Positions 1-8,776 of a stretch of DNA of 64,000 nucleotides are shown piece after piece. Position 1 is the stretch's first letter. Each line of letters starts with the position of its first letter. The position numbers and the translations under genes are program-made. Below the pieces are notes generated by a model that did not search any database, was not told where the DNA came from, and saw only the letters and a program-made list of their open reading frames with translations. Source of the DNA: Thermoplasmata archaeon (GTDB lineage Archaea > Thermoplasmatota > Thermoplasmata > Thermoplasmatales > GCA-001856825); the NCBI GenBank assembly GCA_021792255.1, contig JAJYUZ010000001.1, positions 128,001-192,000 of the forward strand, read 5' to 3'.

Positions 1-155
1 GGCCCGCTGGACAGACTATCCACCACTTTCACGTTCACATCCTTCCGAGGAAGAGTGGCGACGACTCTGAATTTCAGAAGTGGTGGTTTACGAGGTCTCA
101 TAAGGCATCTAGGTTAGAATTGAACGACTTGGCCTCAAAGCTACTCAAAAAGTAA
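1..155 (+). CDS. HIT family protein, 3' part (truncated by window start)
   Basis: Frame 3 reads PAGQTIHHFHVHILPRKSGD...LLKK*, with the AGQ...HxHxHxxPR histidine-triad motif; stop TAA at 153-155. Confidence 0.85.
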   Translation, partial: PAGQTIHHFHVHILPRKSGDDSEFQKWWFTRSHKASRLELNDLASKLLKK

Positions 156-485
156 GGCCAACTTAAGAGTAAATGTCATGGCTACTTCACAGCGGGAAGA
201 AGGAGCAATTGGCGGCCTATATTCTTAAGGAAAGGTCAGAAATAGGATAGACGGCGCGGACTTGTAGTGAAGAAAGACGGACTGGCACGCAGAGAATCCC
301 ATAAACATTGTTCGGAGATTGCCAATCTCAGATAGTCGCCTTCTTTGACTTCTCAGATGGCACGGAGGTAATTAAGCAGACATCAGTGAGGTGACCAAAT
401 CGGTTTTTAGGAAACAACCACATAATTGAATCAGGGACACCTAAATCCAAAGCACCTGTTAAATATTCATAAATGATTAGGAATT

Positions 486-1862
486 ATGGTCAGGAAAGAG
501 CGAGATTCACTGGGCGAAGTGGAGATCCCCGAGGGGCGGTTGTACGGACCAGAAACCGTCCGTGCGCTCTCTAATTTCCCCTATTATAGATTCATGGACA
601 GGAGAATTATCGATACTCTTATAGTGATCAAGAGATCTTACGTCAGAGCTTTCACAAGCAAGGGAAAGATATCAAAGGAGATAGGAGAGGCAATAATCAA
701 GGCAGCAGACGAACTGTTAAAGAACAAGAATGATTTGGATTTTCCACTGAAATACATACAGGCCGGAGCAGGAACATCCACTAACATGAACGTGAACGAA
801 GTCATAGCGAACAAGGCTCTTGAAATGATGGGTAAAGCTCTTGGAAGCCACGATATAATAAGTCCCCACAATCAAGTCAACATCGGACAGTCGACTAACG
901 ACACTATACCTGCAGCAATCAGGATTTCCGCCTACTTCGCGTTAAAGGCACTATCAAAAAATATTGAGAAGGCGATCGACAGATTTGAACTTCTTTCAAA
1001 TGAGAATTCAACCAAAATAAAAACGGGAAGAACTCATATTCAGGATGCGTCTGCTGTTACCTTTGGAGGGGAATTCAAGGCATATGCCGACGAGCTGAGG
1101 TCATTCTTGGACGAGAAAGACTACATTCTGACCAGACTTAAGAGGCTCAACCTCGGAGGAACCGCGGTTGGGACGGGTGCAAACCTTCCTCCTGAAGTTA
1201 AAGATCTAGTGTACAAGAACATCAACGAATACTACAAGGAGAGCTTCTTGCCAGCAGAGAATCTGATGATGGTGATGCAATTCACATCCGACTTCAATTT
1301 ACTCGCTTCCTGGCTCAGTAACTTTTCTGCTGCTCTGATAAAGATATCACGCGATTTGAGAATGATGAACTCTGGTCCAGTTGCTGGTCTTAATGAAATA
1401 GTCCTCCCGGCAGTTCAGCCGGGATCATCGATAATGCCTGGTAAGGTCAACCCTAGCATTCTTGAGGCGGTGACAATGAGCGCCCTATTTGTACGTGGTC
1501 TAGCACAGACAGTAAACGATGCCTCCTCCCAGGGAGAAATGGAAATCAACGTGTTTACTCCGATAATATACACAGCATTAATGGAGGCTTTTGACGTCTT
1601 GACAGTCACTCTGACGATCCTCGAAGAAAAGACTCTGAAGGGAATCAAGATCAACTCAGAATATGCTTACGAAATGCTACTGAATTCTCCCGGAACTGCT
1701 CTCCTCTTGAACCCAGTGATCGGGTACGAGAAGACAGCCGAAATAGTAAAAGAGGCTAAAGAGAAGAATGTACCATTCCTAAAATTGTTGAGAGAGAGAC
1801 GGATATTGACCGAAGAGCAGATAGACAAGATATTCGGTCCAGAAAATATGCTGAATAAGTGA
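486..1862 (+). CDS. Aspartate ammonia-lyase / class II fumarate hydratase family
   Basis: GAGTSTNMNVNEV, QSTND, GRTHIQDA and signature GSSIMPGKVNP. Confidence 0.9.
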   Translation: MVRKERDSLGEVEIPEGRLYGPETVRALSNFPYYRFMDRRIIDTLIVIKRSYVRAFTSKGKISKEIGEAIIKAADELLKNKNDLDFPLKYIQAGAGTSTNMNVNEVIANKALEMMGKALGSHDIISPHNQVNIGQSTNDTIPAAIRISAYFALKALSKNIEKAIDRFELLSNENSTKIKTGRTHIQDASAVTFGGEFKAYADELRSFLDEKDYILTRLKRLNLGGTAVGTGANLPPEVKDLVYKNINEYYKESFLPAENLMMVMQFTSDFNLLASWLSNFSAALIKISRDLRMMNSGPVAGLNEIVLPAVQPGSSIMPGKVNPSILEAVTMSALFVRGLAQTVNDASSQGEMEINVFTPIIYTALMEAFDVLTVTLTILEEKTLKGIKINSEYAYEMLLNSPGTALLLNPVIGYEKTAEIVKEAKEKNVPFLKLLRERRILTEEQIDKIFGPENMLNK

Positions 1863-1969
1863 GCTAAGACCCTCCAGATCAGAGGCAAGCCTGGCTTTCC
1901 CGAATATCTAAGGTGCTCTTGAAAAAAATAAATACTCCGAATAAATCTGGTGGTATATAAGAGGATTAC

Positions 1970-2548
1970 ATGTATTTCATAATTGAGACTAATGAGACGG
2001 TCAGGGTCCCCCCAGAAAACCTAGGTGAAGAGTACGAAGCTACAGCAAAAACAATCGCGGTCAGAAACGTAGAAGGTAAGATAGGAGTGCTCGACCGAGA
2101 GCTCGTCAGGGATTCTAATGACAGGAAGTACATCAACCTCCTTGTGCTAGAATCTGATCTGGACGGAGAGGGAAGAATAGTACACGGAGATGGAGGGGTG
2201 TACCAAGAGGTCAAGATGAAGATTCTTGCGTTCCAACCAATGATGCAGGAAGTTGTCGAAGGGGACATCGCGGATGTGAAGAAATTCGGTGCATTTGTGA
2301 GCATTGGACCCCTCGAGGGCTTGCTTCACGTCAGTCAAGTAATGGACGACAGGATAGAGGTTGACGAGGATAATAAGAGGATGATTGGAAAGGATACAAA
2401 GAGGGACCTCAAGATGGGAGACCTTGTTAGGACTAGAATCGTAGCCCTCTCTCTCTCAGATTCAAAGTTGGAGGAAAGCAAGATTGGCCTGACTATGAGG
2501 CAAAACTTCCTCGGAAAGTTCATTTGGTTAAAGGGTGAGGCGAAGTGA
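1970..2548 (+). CDS. rpo7: DNA-directed RNA polymerase subunit Rpo7 (E')
   Basis: GEGRIVHGDGGVY, S1 domain EVVEG..FGAFVSIGPLEGLLHVSQ, KIGLTMRQNFLGK; conserved operon context. Confidence 0.95.
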   Translation: MYFIIETNETVRVPPENLGEEYEATAKTIAVRNVEGKIGVLDRELVRDSNDRKYINLLVLESDLDGEGRIVHGDGGVYQEVKMKILAFQPMMQEVVEGDIADVKKFGAFVSIGPLEGLLHVSQVMDDRIEVDEDNKRMIGKDTKRDLKMGDLVRTRIVALSLSDSKLEESKIGLTMRQNFLGKFIWLKGEAK

Positions 2549-2730
2549 TAAAGCTTCGAGCCTGCAGAAACTGTAAGAATGTAACCGAAGAAATCAAGTG
2601 CGAAAAGTGCGGGGGAGATACGGTTCTCGAATGGAAAGGCTACCTGTTTATACTGGACCCGGTTCGCTCGTCGGTGGGAAAGAGGGCAGGGGTCAGTACA
2701 TCTGGTGAGTATGCAATCAAAGTTAGATAA
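2545..2730 (+). CDS. spt4: Transcription elongation factor Spt4 (RpoE'')
   Basis: RACRNC..CEKCG zinc ribbon, W.G...I.DP..S, GEYAIKVR; overlaps rpo7 stop. Confidence 0.95.
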   Translation: MIKLRACRNCKNVTEEIKCEKCGGDTVLEWKGYLFILDPVRSSVGKRAGVSTSGEYAIKVR

Positions 2731-3220
2731 AGACGTAGTTGTTCCCTCAGAATTCAGAAAGATTTTTTCGAGAATGCCAGAGGTTCTAGTTACAAAAGAA
2801 TCTCAAATCGAATTCCTTTCCTCAAAGATACTGATCACCGTTGGAGATGTGGTCACAGCTACTGCACTTCGCTATAAGATTATTCCCAAACTTTCTATCA
2901 TTGATTTCAAAACTAAGAGGGATGAGGTTCTTCCCTCACTTCCAGAAAAGTGGGATAGGAAACTTAAAGTAAAGAACGCTCCAGGATCAATCTCCGTAGA
3001 ACTCTGGACTACCATAGATTTCGCTCTCAAATCAAAGGGGAACACACTGATAGAGGTAGACGGAGAAGAAGATCTTGCGTCCATTCCGGCAATATTGATG
3101 GCGCCAGATGGTGCGATAGTTATTTATGGCGTTCCCGATAAGGGGATAGCCGTCTATGAGATCGGAGACAATCTTAGACAGCTAGTAAGTCATGAAATTG
3201 AAAGATTAAGGGGAATCTGA
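2705..3220 (+). CDS. GTP-dependent dephospho-CoA kinase (DUF359 family)
   Basis: TVGDVVT, IIDFKTKR, VKNAPG, VDGEEDL, IYGVP motifs; conserved position between spt4 and rps24e. Confidence 0.88.
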   Translation: MSMQSKLDKDVVVPSEFRKIFSRMPEVLVTKESQIEFLSSKILITVGDVVTATALRYKIIPKLSIIDFKTKRDEVLPSLPEKWDRKLKVKNAPGSISVELWTTIDFALKSKGNTLIEVDGEEDLASIPAILMAPDGAIVIYGVPDKGIAVYEIGDNLRQLVSHEIERLRGI

Positions 3221-3541
3221 ATGAAAATTGAAATCGAAACCAGAGAAGAGAATAAACTCCTGAACAGGATGGAAATTCGATATAGAGTAATCCATCCAAA
3301 GGAAAAGACACCCAGCCGAGAAGAAGCCAAGAATCAAATTGCAGCAAACCTCCAAGTTCCAAAAGAACTTGTGATTATCGATTATCAAAAGTCAAAATTT
3401 GGTAAGAACTTTACAGAAGGGTATGCAAAGGTTTACAGGACTAAGGAAGAGGCAATAGCATTAGAACCAGATTTCTTGCTGATAAGAAATGGACTGAAAT
3501 CTAAGGAAGGAGATCAAAATGCAAAAGCGGGAAATGTATAA
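3221..3541 (+). CDS. rps24e: 30S ribosomal protein S24e
   Basis: ENKLLNR.EI...V.H....TPSR, FG....GYAKVY. Confidence 0.95.
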   Translation: MKIEIETREENKLLNRMEIRYRVIHPKEKTPSREEAKNQIAANLQVPKELVIIDYQKSKFGKNFTEGYAKVYRTKEEAIALEPDFLLIRNGLKSKEGDQNAKAGNV

Positions 3542-3674
3542 AGTTGAGGACGGAAAGATCATAAGAAAGGGAAAATTTTGTCCCAAGTGTGGTCCAGGAA
3601 TATTTCTAGCCCAGCATGAGGACAGACTGACATGCGGAAGATGTGGATATTCGGAACTCACTACTAAGGACTGA
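3519..3674 (+). CDS. rps27ae: 30S ribosomal protein S27ae (51 aa; absent from the ORF track)
   Basis: Manual translation [51 protein letters not shown]; GGAG RBS upstream; follows rps24e. Confidence 0.95.
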   Translation: MQKREMYKVEDGKIIRKGKFCPKCGPGIFLAQHEDRLTCGRCGYSELTTKD

Positions 3675-3820
3675 ACTGAAATCTCGAACTCTGGTGAACA
3701 TATGGTCTTATTTTTTTGAAGAAACTCTTTCAGACCAAGTGATCGAAATGAAATATTTTACTGTATATAGGAGTTCAAGGAAAAGCTTAAAAGGACGTAA
3801 TTTTTTAACTCTCGGTAATT

Positions 3821-4561
3821 ATGCTTCAGATTAAGGTCGACGCCAAGACTATAAGAGAATTTTCGAATATCATTTTGACTCTGGTTCAAGAGGCGAGAGT
3901 CGATTTCAAGCCGGACGGAATCTCAGCAAAGGTAATGGACCCAGCCAGGGTAGCGATGATTTCTGTCGAAGTCAAGAGAGAGGCTTTTCAGGAATTTGAC
4001 GTGAATGGAGAAGAGAGTCTTGGTCTAGACATCGAGAAGATGAGAAATTTTCTGAAGCTTACGGCGGCTACGGAAATAATAGATTTCAAGTACGATGGCA
4101 AGAAGATATCAATGAAACTTGGAAATCTCTCGGCGGGTATTCCCATAATAGATCCGTCAGCCCTGACAACTCCAAAGATTCCGACCATAGAACCGCAGGA
4201 CAAGATAGTGACAGATCTGAACCTTCTATCCACGGGTATAAAGGCGGCAGAAGGAATATCGGAGGTCGTGACCTTCAGTATTAAGAGCGATGAACTGAAA
4301 GTATCTGCGAAAGGGGAAACCGAATCTGAGACCATAGAAATGACAATTCCAAAGAGCCTAGCAAAGGAATTCATCTTTAGTTCAGATTCTAGGAGCTCAT
4401 TTGCTCTTGAATATCTCACAAAATTCTTAAGAGCTTTGGAAAGCACAGAAGAGGTGTCTATTGCCATAGGAAATGATTACCCCCTTAGAATGGAAGCTCC
4501 AATCATGAACGGTAAGGGAAAGGTTACTTTTCTGATAGCTCCTCGGATCGAGAACATCTGA
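3821..4561 (+). CDS. pcn: DNA polymerase sliding clamp PCNA
   Basis: MDPARVAM, LGLDI, SSFALEYL, DYPLRM, FLIAPRIE; 246 aa. Confidence 0.95.
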   Translation: MLQIKVDAKTIREFSNIILTLVQEARVDFKPDGISAKVMDPARVAMISVEVKREAFQEFDVNGEESLGLDIEKMRNFLKLTAATEIIDFKYDGKKISMKLGNLSAGIPIIDPSALTTPKIPTIEPQDKIVTDLNLLSTGIKAAEGISEVVTFSIKSDELKVSAKGETESETIEMTIPKSLAKEFIFSSDSRSSFALEYLTKFLRALESTEEVSIAIGNDYPLRMEAPIMNGKGKVTFLIAPRIENI

Positions 4562-5234
4562 ACGCTTTAGTCCTGAGCCCCGACCTGAATCTAAACTTCA
4601 AAAGGAATAGCAAATTAGATATTCCGTCTTTCCAAGGCTTTAACTTCTTTTCGCCCATCCTTCTATCATAGTTTATTGAGATTTCTTTATAGCAATAACT
4701 AGTTGCTGCTCTGATCTTAATCTCTTCCGAAAATTCCATCCCATTTCCTCGTGGACGGATAGATTGAAGTATATCTCTTCTGAAAAGCCACATTCCCGAT
4801 TGACTGTCCGTTATATCAACCATGAAGAGCACTTTGGTAGACACGTTGAGAATTTTGTTTCCAATTCTGTGCATTAGACTCATTGCTTCGTTAGTAGATT
4901 TGGTAAGTCTTTCTCCCGAAACAAAATCGTAGCCCATTTTTAAGCTCTCGAGCATTATCGGTATCGCACTTGGAGGGTACGTACAATCTGCATCGAGTGT
5001 CACAATTATGTCACCATTAGCAACCGAAAAGCCTTTTTGATAAGCATTTCCGTAACCTAGCTTTTCTTCATTTACTACTATTGCGCCTAGTGACGTTCCA
5101 ATCTCGGCGGTCCTATCGGTCGAGTTTGAATCGACTACAATTATCTCGCCCTGGCTATCAATTTCACGTATCATCTTGATGACTTTACCAATGCTTTCTT
5201 CTTCGTTAAGAGCTGGGATGATGTAAGAAATCAA
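4524..5234 (-). CDS. Glycosyltransferase family 2 (polyprenol-phosphate glycosyltransferase-like)
   Basis: IIPALNEE, VVDSNSTDRT, LDADCTYP, DSQSG, R.GEKKL. Confidence 0.88.
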   Translation of the reverse strand: MISYIIPALNEEESIGKVIKMIREIDSQGEIIVVDSNSTDRTAEIGTSLGAIVVNEEKLGYGNAYQKGFSVANGDIIVTLDADCTYPPSAIPIMLESLKMGYDFVSGERLTKSTNEAMSLMHRIGNKILNVSTKVLFMVDITDSQSGMWLFRRDILQSIRPRGNGMEFSEEIKIRAATSYCYKEISINYDRRMGEKKLKPWKDGISNLLFLLKFRFRSGLRTKAFRCSRSEELSEK

Positions 5235-5980
5235 TTCCGACCCCCAAACAAATAGCCCAACATTCCAAAAGCTAGTCTTGAAGATTCAATAATAGGATGC
5301 TTCCTCATATTGGACCTGTTGAAAGAGCTCTTAAGTCCATATTTTTTCTTTATGAGTCTTCTCCCTATTCCATCGCTGTAGCTCTGTCTTAGAAGTGATT
5401 TAAATGTCTGGCGAGGGTGGTGGGAGACGACGACACTCTCATCGTAAAAGATGTCGTATCCATTATCAATCGCCCTAATGTTGAGATCAATATCTTCAGC
5501 GGTGTTAAAGTTCTCGTCAAAAGTACCAATCTTATCGATCACAGTCCTGCTGTACATCAGGTTGTTTGAGGGGTAGGTGACGTCCTTTCCTTTATGAAGC
5601 ATAGGGACTCTCTCGAGGTCGGACCACTTCGAACTGGAGTCCTGAATAATTTTTCCAGCCAGGATGTCGTGTTCTAGCCTTGTCTTTAAAGAAACTCCCC
5701 AATTTTCTGCGACCTCCGTGTCGGAGTCCAAAAATATCAGTTTTTTTCCGCTCGACAATTTGATGCATTCATTTCTTCCAACAGCTCGATTCCCGTCCTT
5801 TCTAGTAAGGATAATTTTACTTCTTTCTCTTTCAGTCTGGAGATATTCAAACGTACCGTCTGTGGAATATGCATCAACAACGACGATTTCAAAGTCCTGA
5901 TCTGGGATGTTCAGCGAGGAGACGAGTAATTTGATGTTGCTAAGATCATTTTTTACCGTTATGAGAATTGATATCTCCAT
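5231..5980 (-). CDS. Glycosyltransferase family 2
   Basis: EIVVVDAYSTDGT, GRN, FLDSD, FDE...AEDIDL. Confidence 0.88.
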   Translation of the reverse strand: MEISILITVKNDLSNIKLLVSSLNIPDQDFEIVVVDAYSTDGTFEYLQTERERSKIILTRKDGNRAVGRNECIKLSSGKKLIFLDSDTEVAENWGVSLKTRLEHDILAGKIIQDSSSKWSDLERVPMLHKGKDVTYPSNNLMYSRTVIDKIGTFDENFNTAEDIDLNIRAIDNGYDIFYDESVVVSHHPRQTFKSLLRQSYSDGIGRRLIKKKYGLKSSFNRSNMRKHPIIESSRLAFGMLGYLFGGRN

Positions 5981-6054
5981 TTAATCCCTAATATAATAAG
6001 GAATAAAAGTTTGCTTTTAGCGGCAGTTTATCTAGCTTAATTTCATTAGGGAAT

Positions 6055-6930
6055 GTGAGAAATATTCTGGACGATGAATTTGTACTTCAAATGGAGGAAT
6101 CTCCTCCATTCAGCTGGATTAAGCAAAGTCCTGACAGATTCATGAATTGTAAGCTGAACAGGAGAATTGATTCCCTCATCGTCAACGCCACTGGCAACTC
6201 TTTCGTCATAGCAGAAATGGTGAAAGACATTCTCGGGCCAGAAAGGGTCAGGGTCGAAAAAACATTTTCACTTTCTGAAAGGGAACCCAATTGTATTATC
6301 ACTTATTCGGGTGAATTCAGAGATGCAATTAATGCTCTCGAGCGAGCCGAAAATAAGGGAATAATCATTTCGTCTGGAGGAATAATAAAGAATCTTGCAA
6401 GAAAGAAAGGCTGGGATTATATTCCCCTCCCAAAAGGATACCCAACGAGGTTTTTGTTTCCCGAGATATTCGGCTGTTTGCTCTCACTGCTTGGAAACCG
6501 TCCAGATTTCTCAAAATTAGGTGATCACCTTGAAAGTAACGCACCTTCTCAGATTACAGTCAAAAATGAGGCAAAACAGCTTGCACTGGCGCTCGCAAAA
6601 GAACCAATTTCGATCATATACGACCAGCGCTCTGAAGGGCTTGCAAGAGGATTTAATAAGATATTTCAGTCTAATTCTGGAATTGAATTTGATCTCGTAG
6701 ACGTAAGCGATCCGAAGGATTCTATGAATAGTGAACTGGGCAAGAATTCGGTCATCTCTTTCGCGAAAGATGACGAAACGCACGTGGGATGGAATGTAGG
6801 GAATTTCCCATACCCCTGTGACAGTTTGGTCGATTACGTGAAAAATGTATTGACGGGTCAGCTAGCATCTTTATATTTAGGTATCTCACACTCTATTGCG
6901 ATAGAACTTTTAGACCGAGAGTTGGAATAG
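6055..6930 (+). CDS. SIS-domain protein, divergent phosphoglucose/phosphomannose isomerase-like
   Basis: ITYSG, ISSGG...LA, P.GYPTR, N.AKQLA, ASLYLG match the archaeal PGI/PMI scaffold, but catalytic motifs look altered. Confidence 0.6.
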   Translation: MRNILDDEFVLQMEESPPFSWIKQSPDRFMNCKLNRRIDSLIVNATGNSFVIAEMVKDILGPERVRVEKTFSLSEREPNCIITYSGEFRDAINALERAENKGIIISSGGIIKNLARKKGWDYIPLPKGYPTRFLFPEIFGCLLSLLGNRPDFSKLGDHLESNAPSQITVKNEAKQLALALAKEPISIIYDQRSEGLARGFNKIFQSNSGIEFDLVDVSDPKDSMNSELGKNSVISFAKDDETHVGWNVGNFPYPCDSLVDYVKNVLTGQLASLYLGISHSIAIELLDRELE

Positions 6931-6999
6931 TGGAAATATTTTATAGCGACCGGTAAGCGGATTAAAAATTTATATCAACGGAATGAATCAATATACATA

Positions 7000-7362
7000 A
7001 TGTCAACTGAATCAATCTATGAACTCCTGGACGAATATTCTAAGAACCCCTACGTTGAAAGCACCGTGCTTATGTCTAAGGTTGGTGAGCCGATAGCAAG
7101 TAATGAATCCAACAAGCTGGAACTGCAGATTTTTGCCCCCCTCGCAAGTCTGACTTACGAAGGTGCACAGGAACTGGCGAGTACAGCCGGACATAATTTC
7201 CGTCAGCTAAACCTGGAAATGAGCAACGGTAGTCAAATAGTCATCAGATCTCTAAAAGAGAAGTTCCTTCTGGCTGTTCACGTTCATAAGTACGACGACA
7301 GGGTCAGAGATGAGATAGAATCTCTGGGGAATAAGGTCTCAGAATCTGTGTACCTCCTATAA
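7000..7362 (+). CDS. Roadblock/LC7 domain protein
   Basis: 120 aa; V....L.S..G.PIAS, helix, then beta-hairpin (LEMSNG..IVIR...FLLAV) and C-terminal helix. Confidence 0.7.
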   Translation: MSTESIYELLDEYSKNPYVESTVLMSKVGEPIASNESNKLELQIFAPLASLTYEGAQELASTAGHNFRQLNLEMSNGSQIVIRSLKEKFLLAVHVHKYDDRVRDEIESLGNKVSESVYLL

Positions 7363-7448
7363 AATGATATTTTGCGAGTAAAAAAATAGATCAATAATTT
7401 AACCAAGTTCCTAGAGCAATTCTTGTGGAAATAATGTGGAAAACCTTA

Positions 7449-7497
7449 ATATCTAAATTAGATATCTATCACCGATATCTGAAATAGATATCGGTGA
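7449..7497. promoter_or_regulatory. Two tandem palindromic operator-like sites ATATCT-N5-AGATAT upstream of the PadR gene
   Basis: 7449-7465 ATATCTAAATTAGATAT and 7475-7491 ATATCTGAAATAGATAT; the second extends to a 12-bp inverted repeat (7469-7480/7486-7497). Confidence 0.6.
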
Positions 7498-7542
7498 AAA
7501 GGAACGAGGCACTACGAAGATGGTGATTGGAGACTCGGGCGT

Positions 7543-7986
7543 ATGGGGGTCATGGGATCTGGAATGGGCAAGTTTAGGGGATTTGGCCTGAGGTACTGGG
7601 TACTCAGCATATTATCAGGTGAGCCTTCGACGGGATCGATGATAATGGATAAGATAGAAGGAATTTCGATGGGCCACTGGAGACCTTCTCCCGGTCACGT
7701 ATACCCGCTTCTTAATAGTCTTACTACGGAAGGTTACCTAACTGTCGAAAGTCGCGAAGGGAAGAAATACTACTCTCTGACCAGTAAGGGTATAGAAATC
7801 ATTGAAAGAAGCTGGTTCCCTTGGCGAACAGTTGGAGGGTTTCCAGGCTTCAATGGACTTGAAGATGCACTCAAAAACATTGAGATACTAGCGGATTACA
7901 TCCTTGACAACAAAGAGAAAGCGACCGCCAACGATGAATTTCGAGATAGGATAAAGAAAGTGTTAGAACGGCTCAGTTCTATGTAA
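7543..7986 (+). CDS. PadR family transcriptional regulator
   Basis: LRYWVLSIL, WRPSPG.VYPLL..L..EG, KYYSLT.KG winged helix. Confidence 0.92.
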   Translation: MGVMGSGMGKFRGFGLRYWVLSILSGEPSTGSMIMDKIEGISMGHWRPSPGHVYPLLNSLTTEGYLTVESREGKKYYSLTSKGIEIIERSWFPWRTVGGFPGFNGLEDALKNIEILADYILDNKEKATANDEFRDRIKKVLERLSSM

Positions 7987-8146
7987 GTTTGCATTTTTTC
8001 GTATTATTTTGGTAGATTTTTGCATAGAAAATTCAATTAAGTAAAGGAAGCGTGATTTTGACTGTAGACGACTTTTTTTTGCAATTCTGAATTTTCAAAA
8101 TTGACAGGCAAGGAGGGGGGGAATTGAATTGATAACCACCGAGAAT

Positions 8147-8776
8147 CTAGATCCTCTTAAAACCTCTTTTTGTGTAGTCCTTGCTCAGTTTAAGATAAAG
8201 TCTGACCTGGCCATAAGAAGTCAAATCAACGCCTCCCGTCTTCACCTGACTATTCAGAATGGCTTTTCTGATCGATTCTCCATCCGACGCATCCACTTCC
8301 ATGAATACTCTACCAATTTCGTCATAAAAGTGAGAATCGCTTCCGGCTGTGATGGGTCTTCTCAATCTTTCTGCCATTTTTTGTCCTTCCAAGTTGCACT
8401 TTGTTCTGCACCTACCATTTTTACTCTCAATAGCATCGTAAATATTCTTGAATTTTGCTCCTATTCCGTTTACAGTTCTAAAAGGATGTGCACATATAGC
8501 TATTCCATTTCTATCGTGAATGATATCAACAGTCTCTTCTTGACTTAGTTTTGAGGGTATCTCACCATCAACGAACAATGCTAGAATGTGGCCGTCGATC
8601 GACGTAACTTCTTCTGCTCCGATAACGAGTAAGTCCCCTTTGTGTTCTATAAATTTGTTGTGGTCTGAAATTGCAATGAAATCCAGATTCCGTTTCTTTG
8701 CTGTTTTTATAATCTGATCTATTTCCAATCTTGAATCGGGAGAATACTTGGAATGAATATGGACGTCTCCTCTCAT
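8147..8776 (-). CDS. PHP-domain metal-dependent phosphoesterase
   Basis: DVHIHSKYSPDS, AISDHN, GHILA, AHPF, GSDSH. Confidence 0.9.
   Translation of the reverse strand: MRGDVHIHSKYSPDSRLEIDQIIKTAKKRNLDFIAISDHNKFIEHKGDLLVIGAEEVTSIDGHILALFVDGEIPSKLSQEETVDIIHDRNGIAICAHPFRTVNGIGAKFKNIYDAIESKNGRCRTKCNLEGQKMAERLRRPITAGSDSHFYDEIGRVFMEVDASDGESIRKAILNSQVKTGGVDLTSYGQVRLYLKLSKDYTKRGFKRI

Noticed and set aside
173-445. Possible gene remnant between the HIT gene and the lyase
   Set aside because: Only short stop-interrupted frames with no recognisable motif
3643-3834. 63-aa ORF between rps27ae and PCNA
   Set aside because: Overlaps rps27ae out of frame and spans the AT-rich PCNA promoter; no protein-like features
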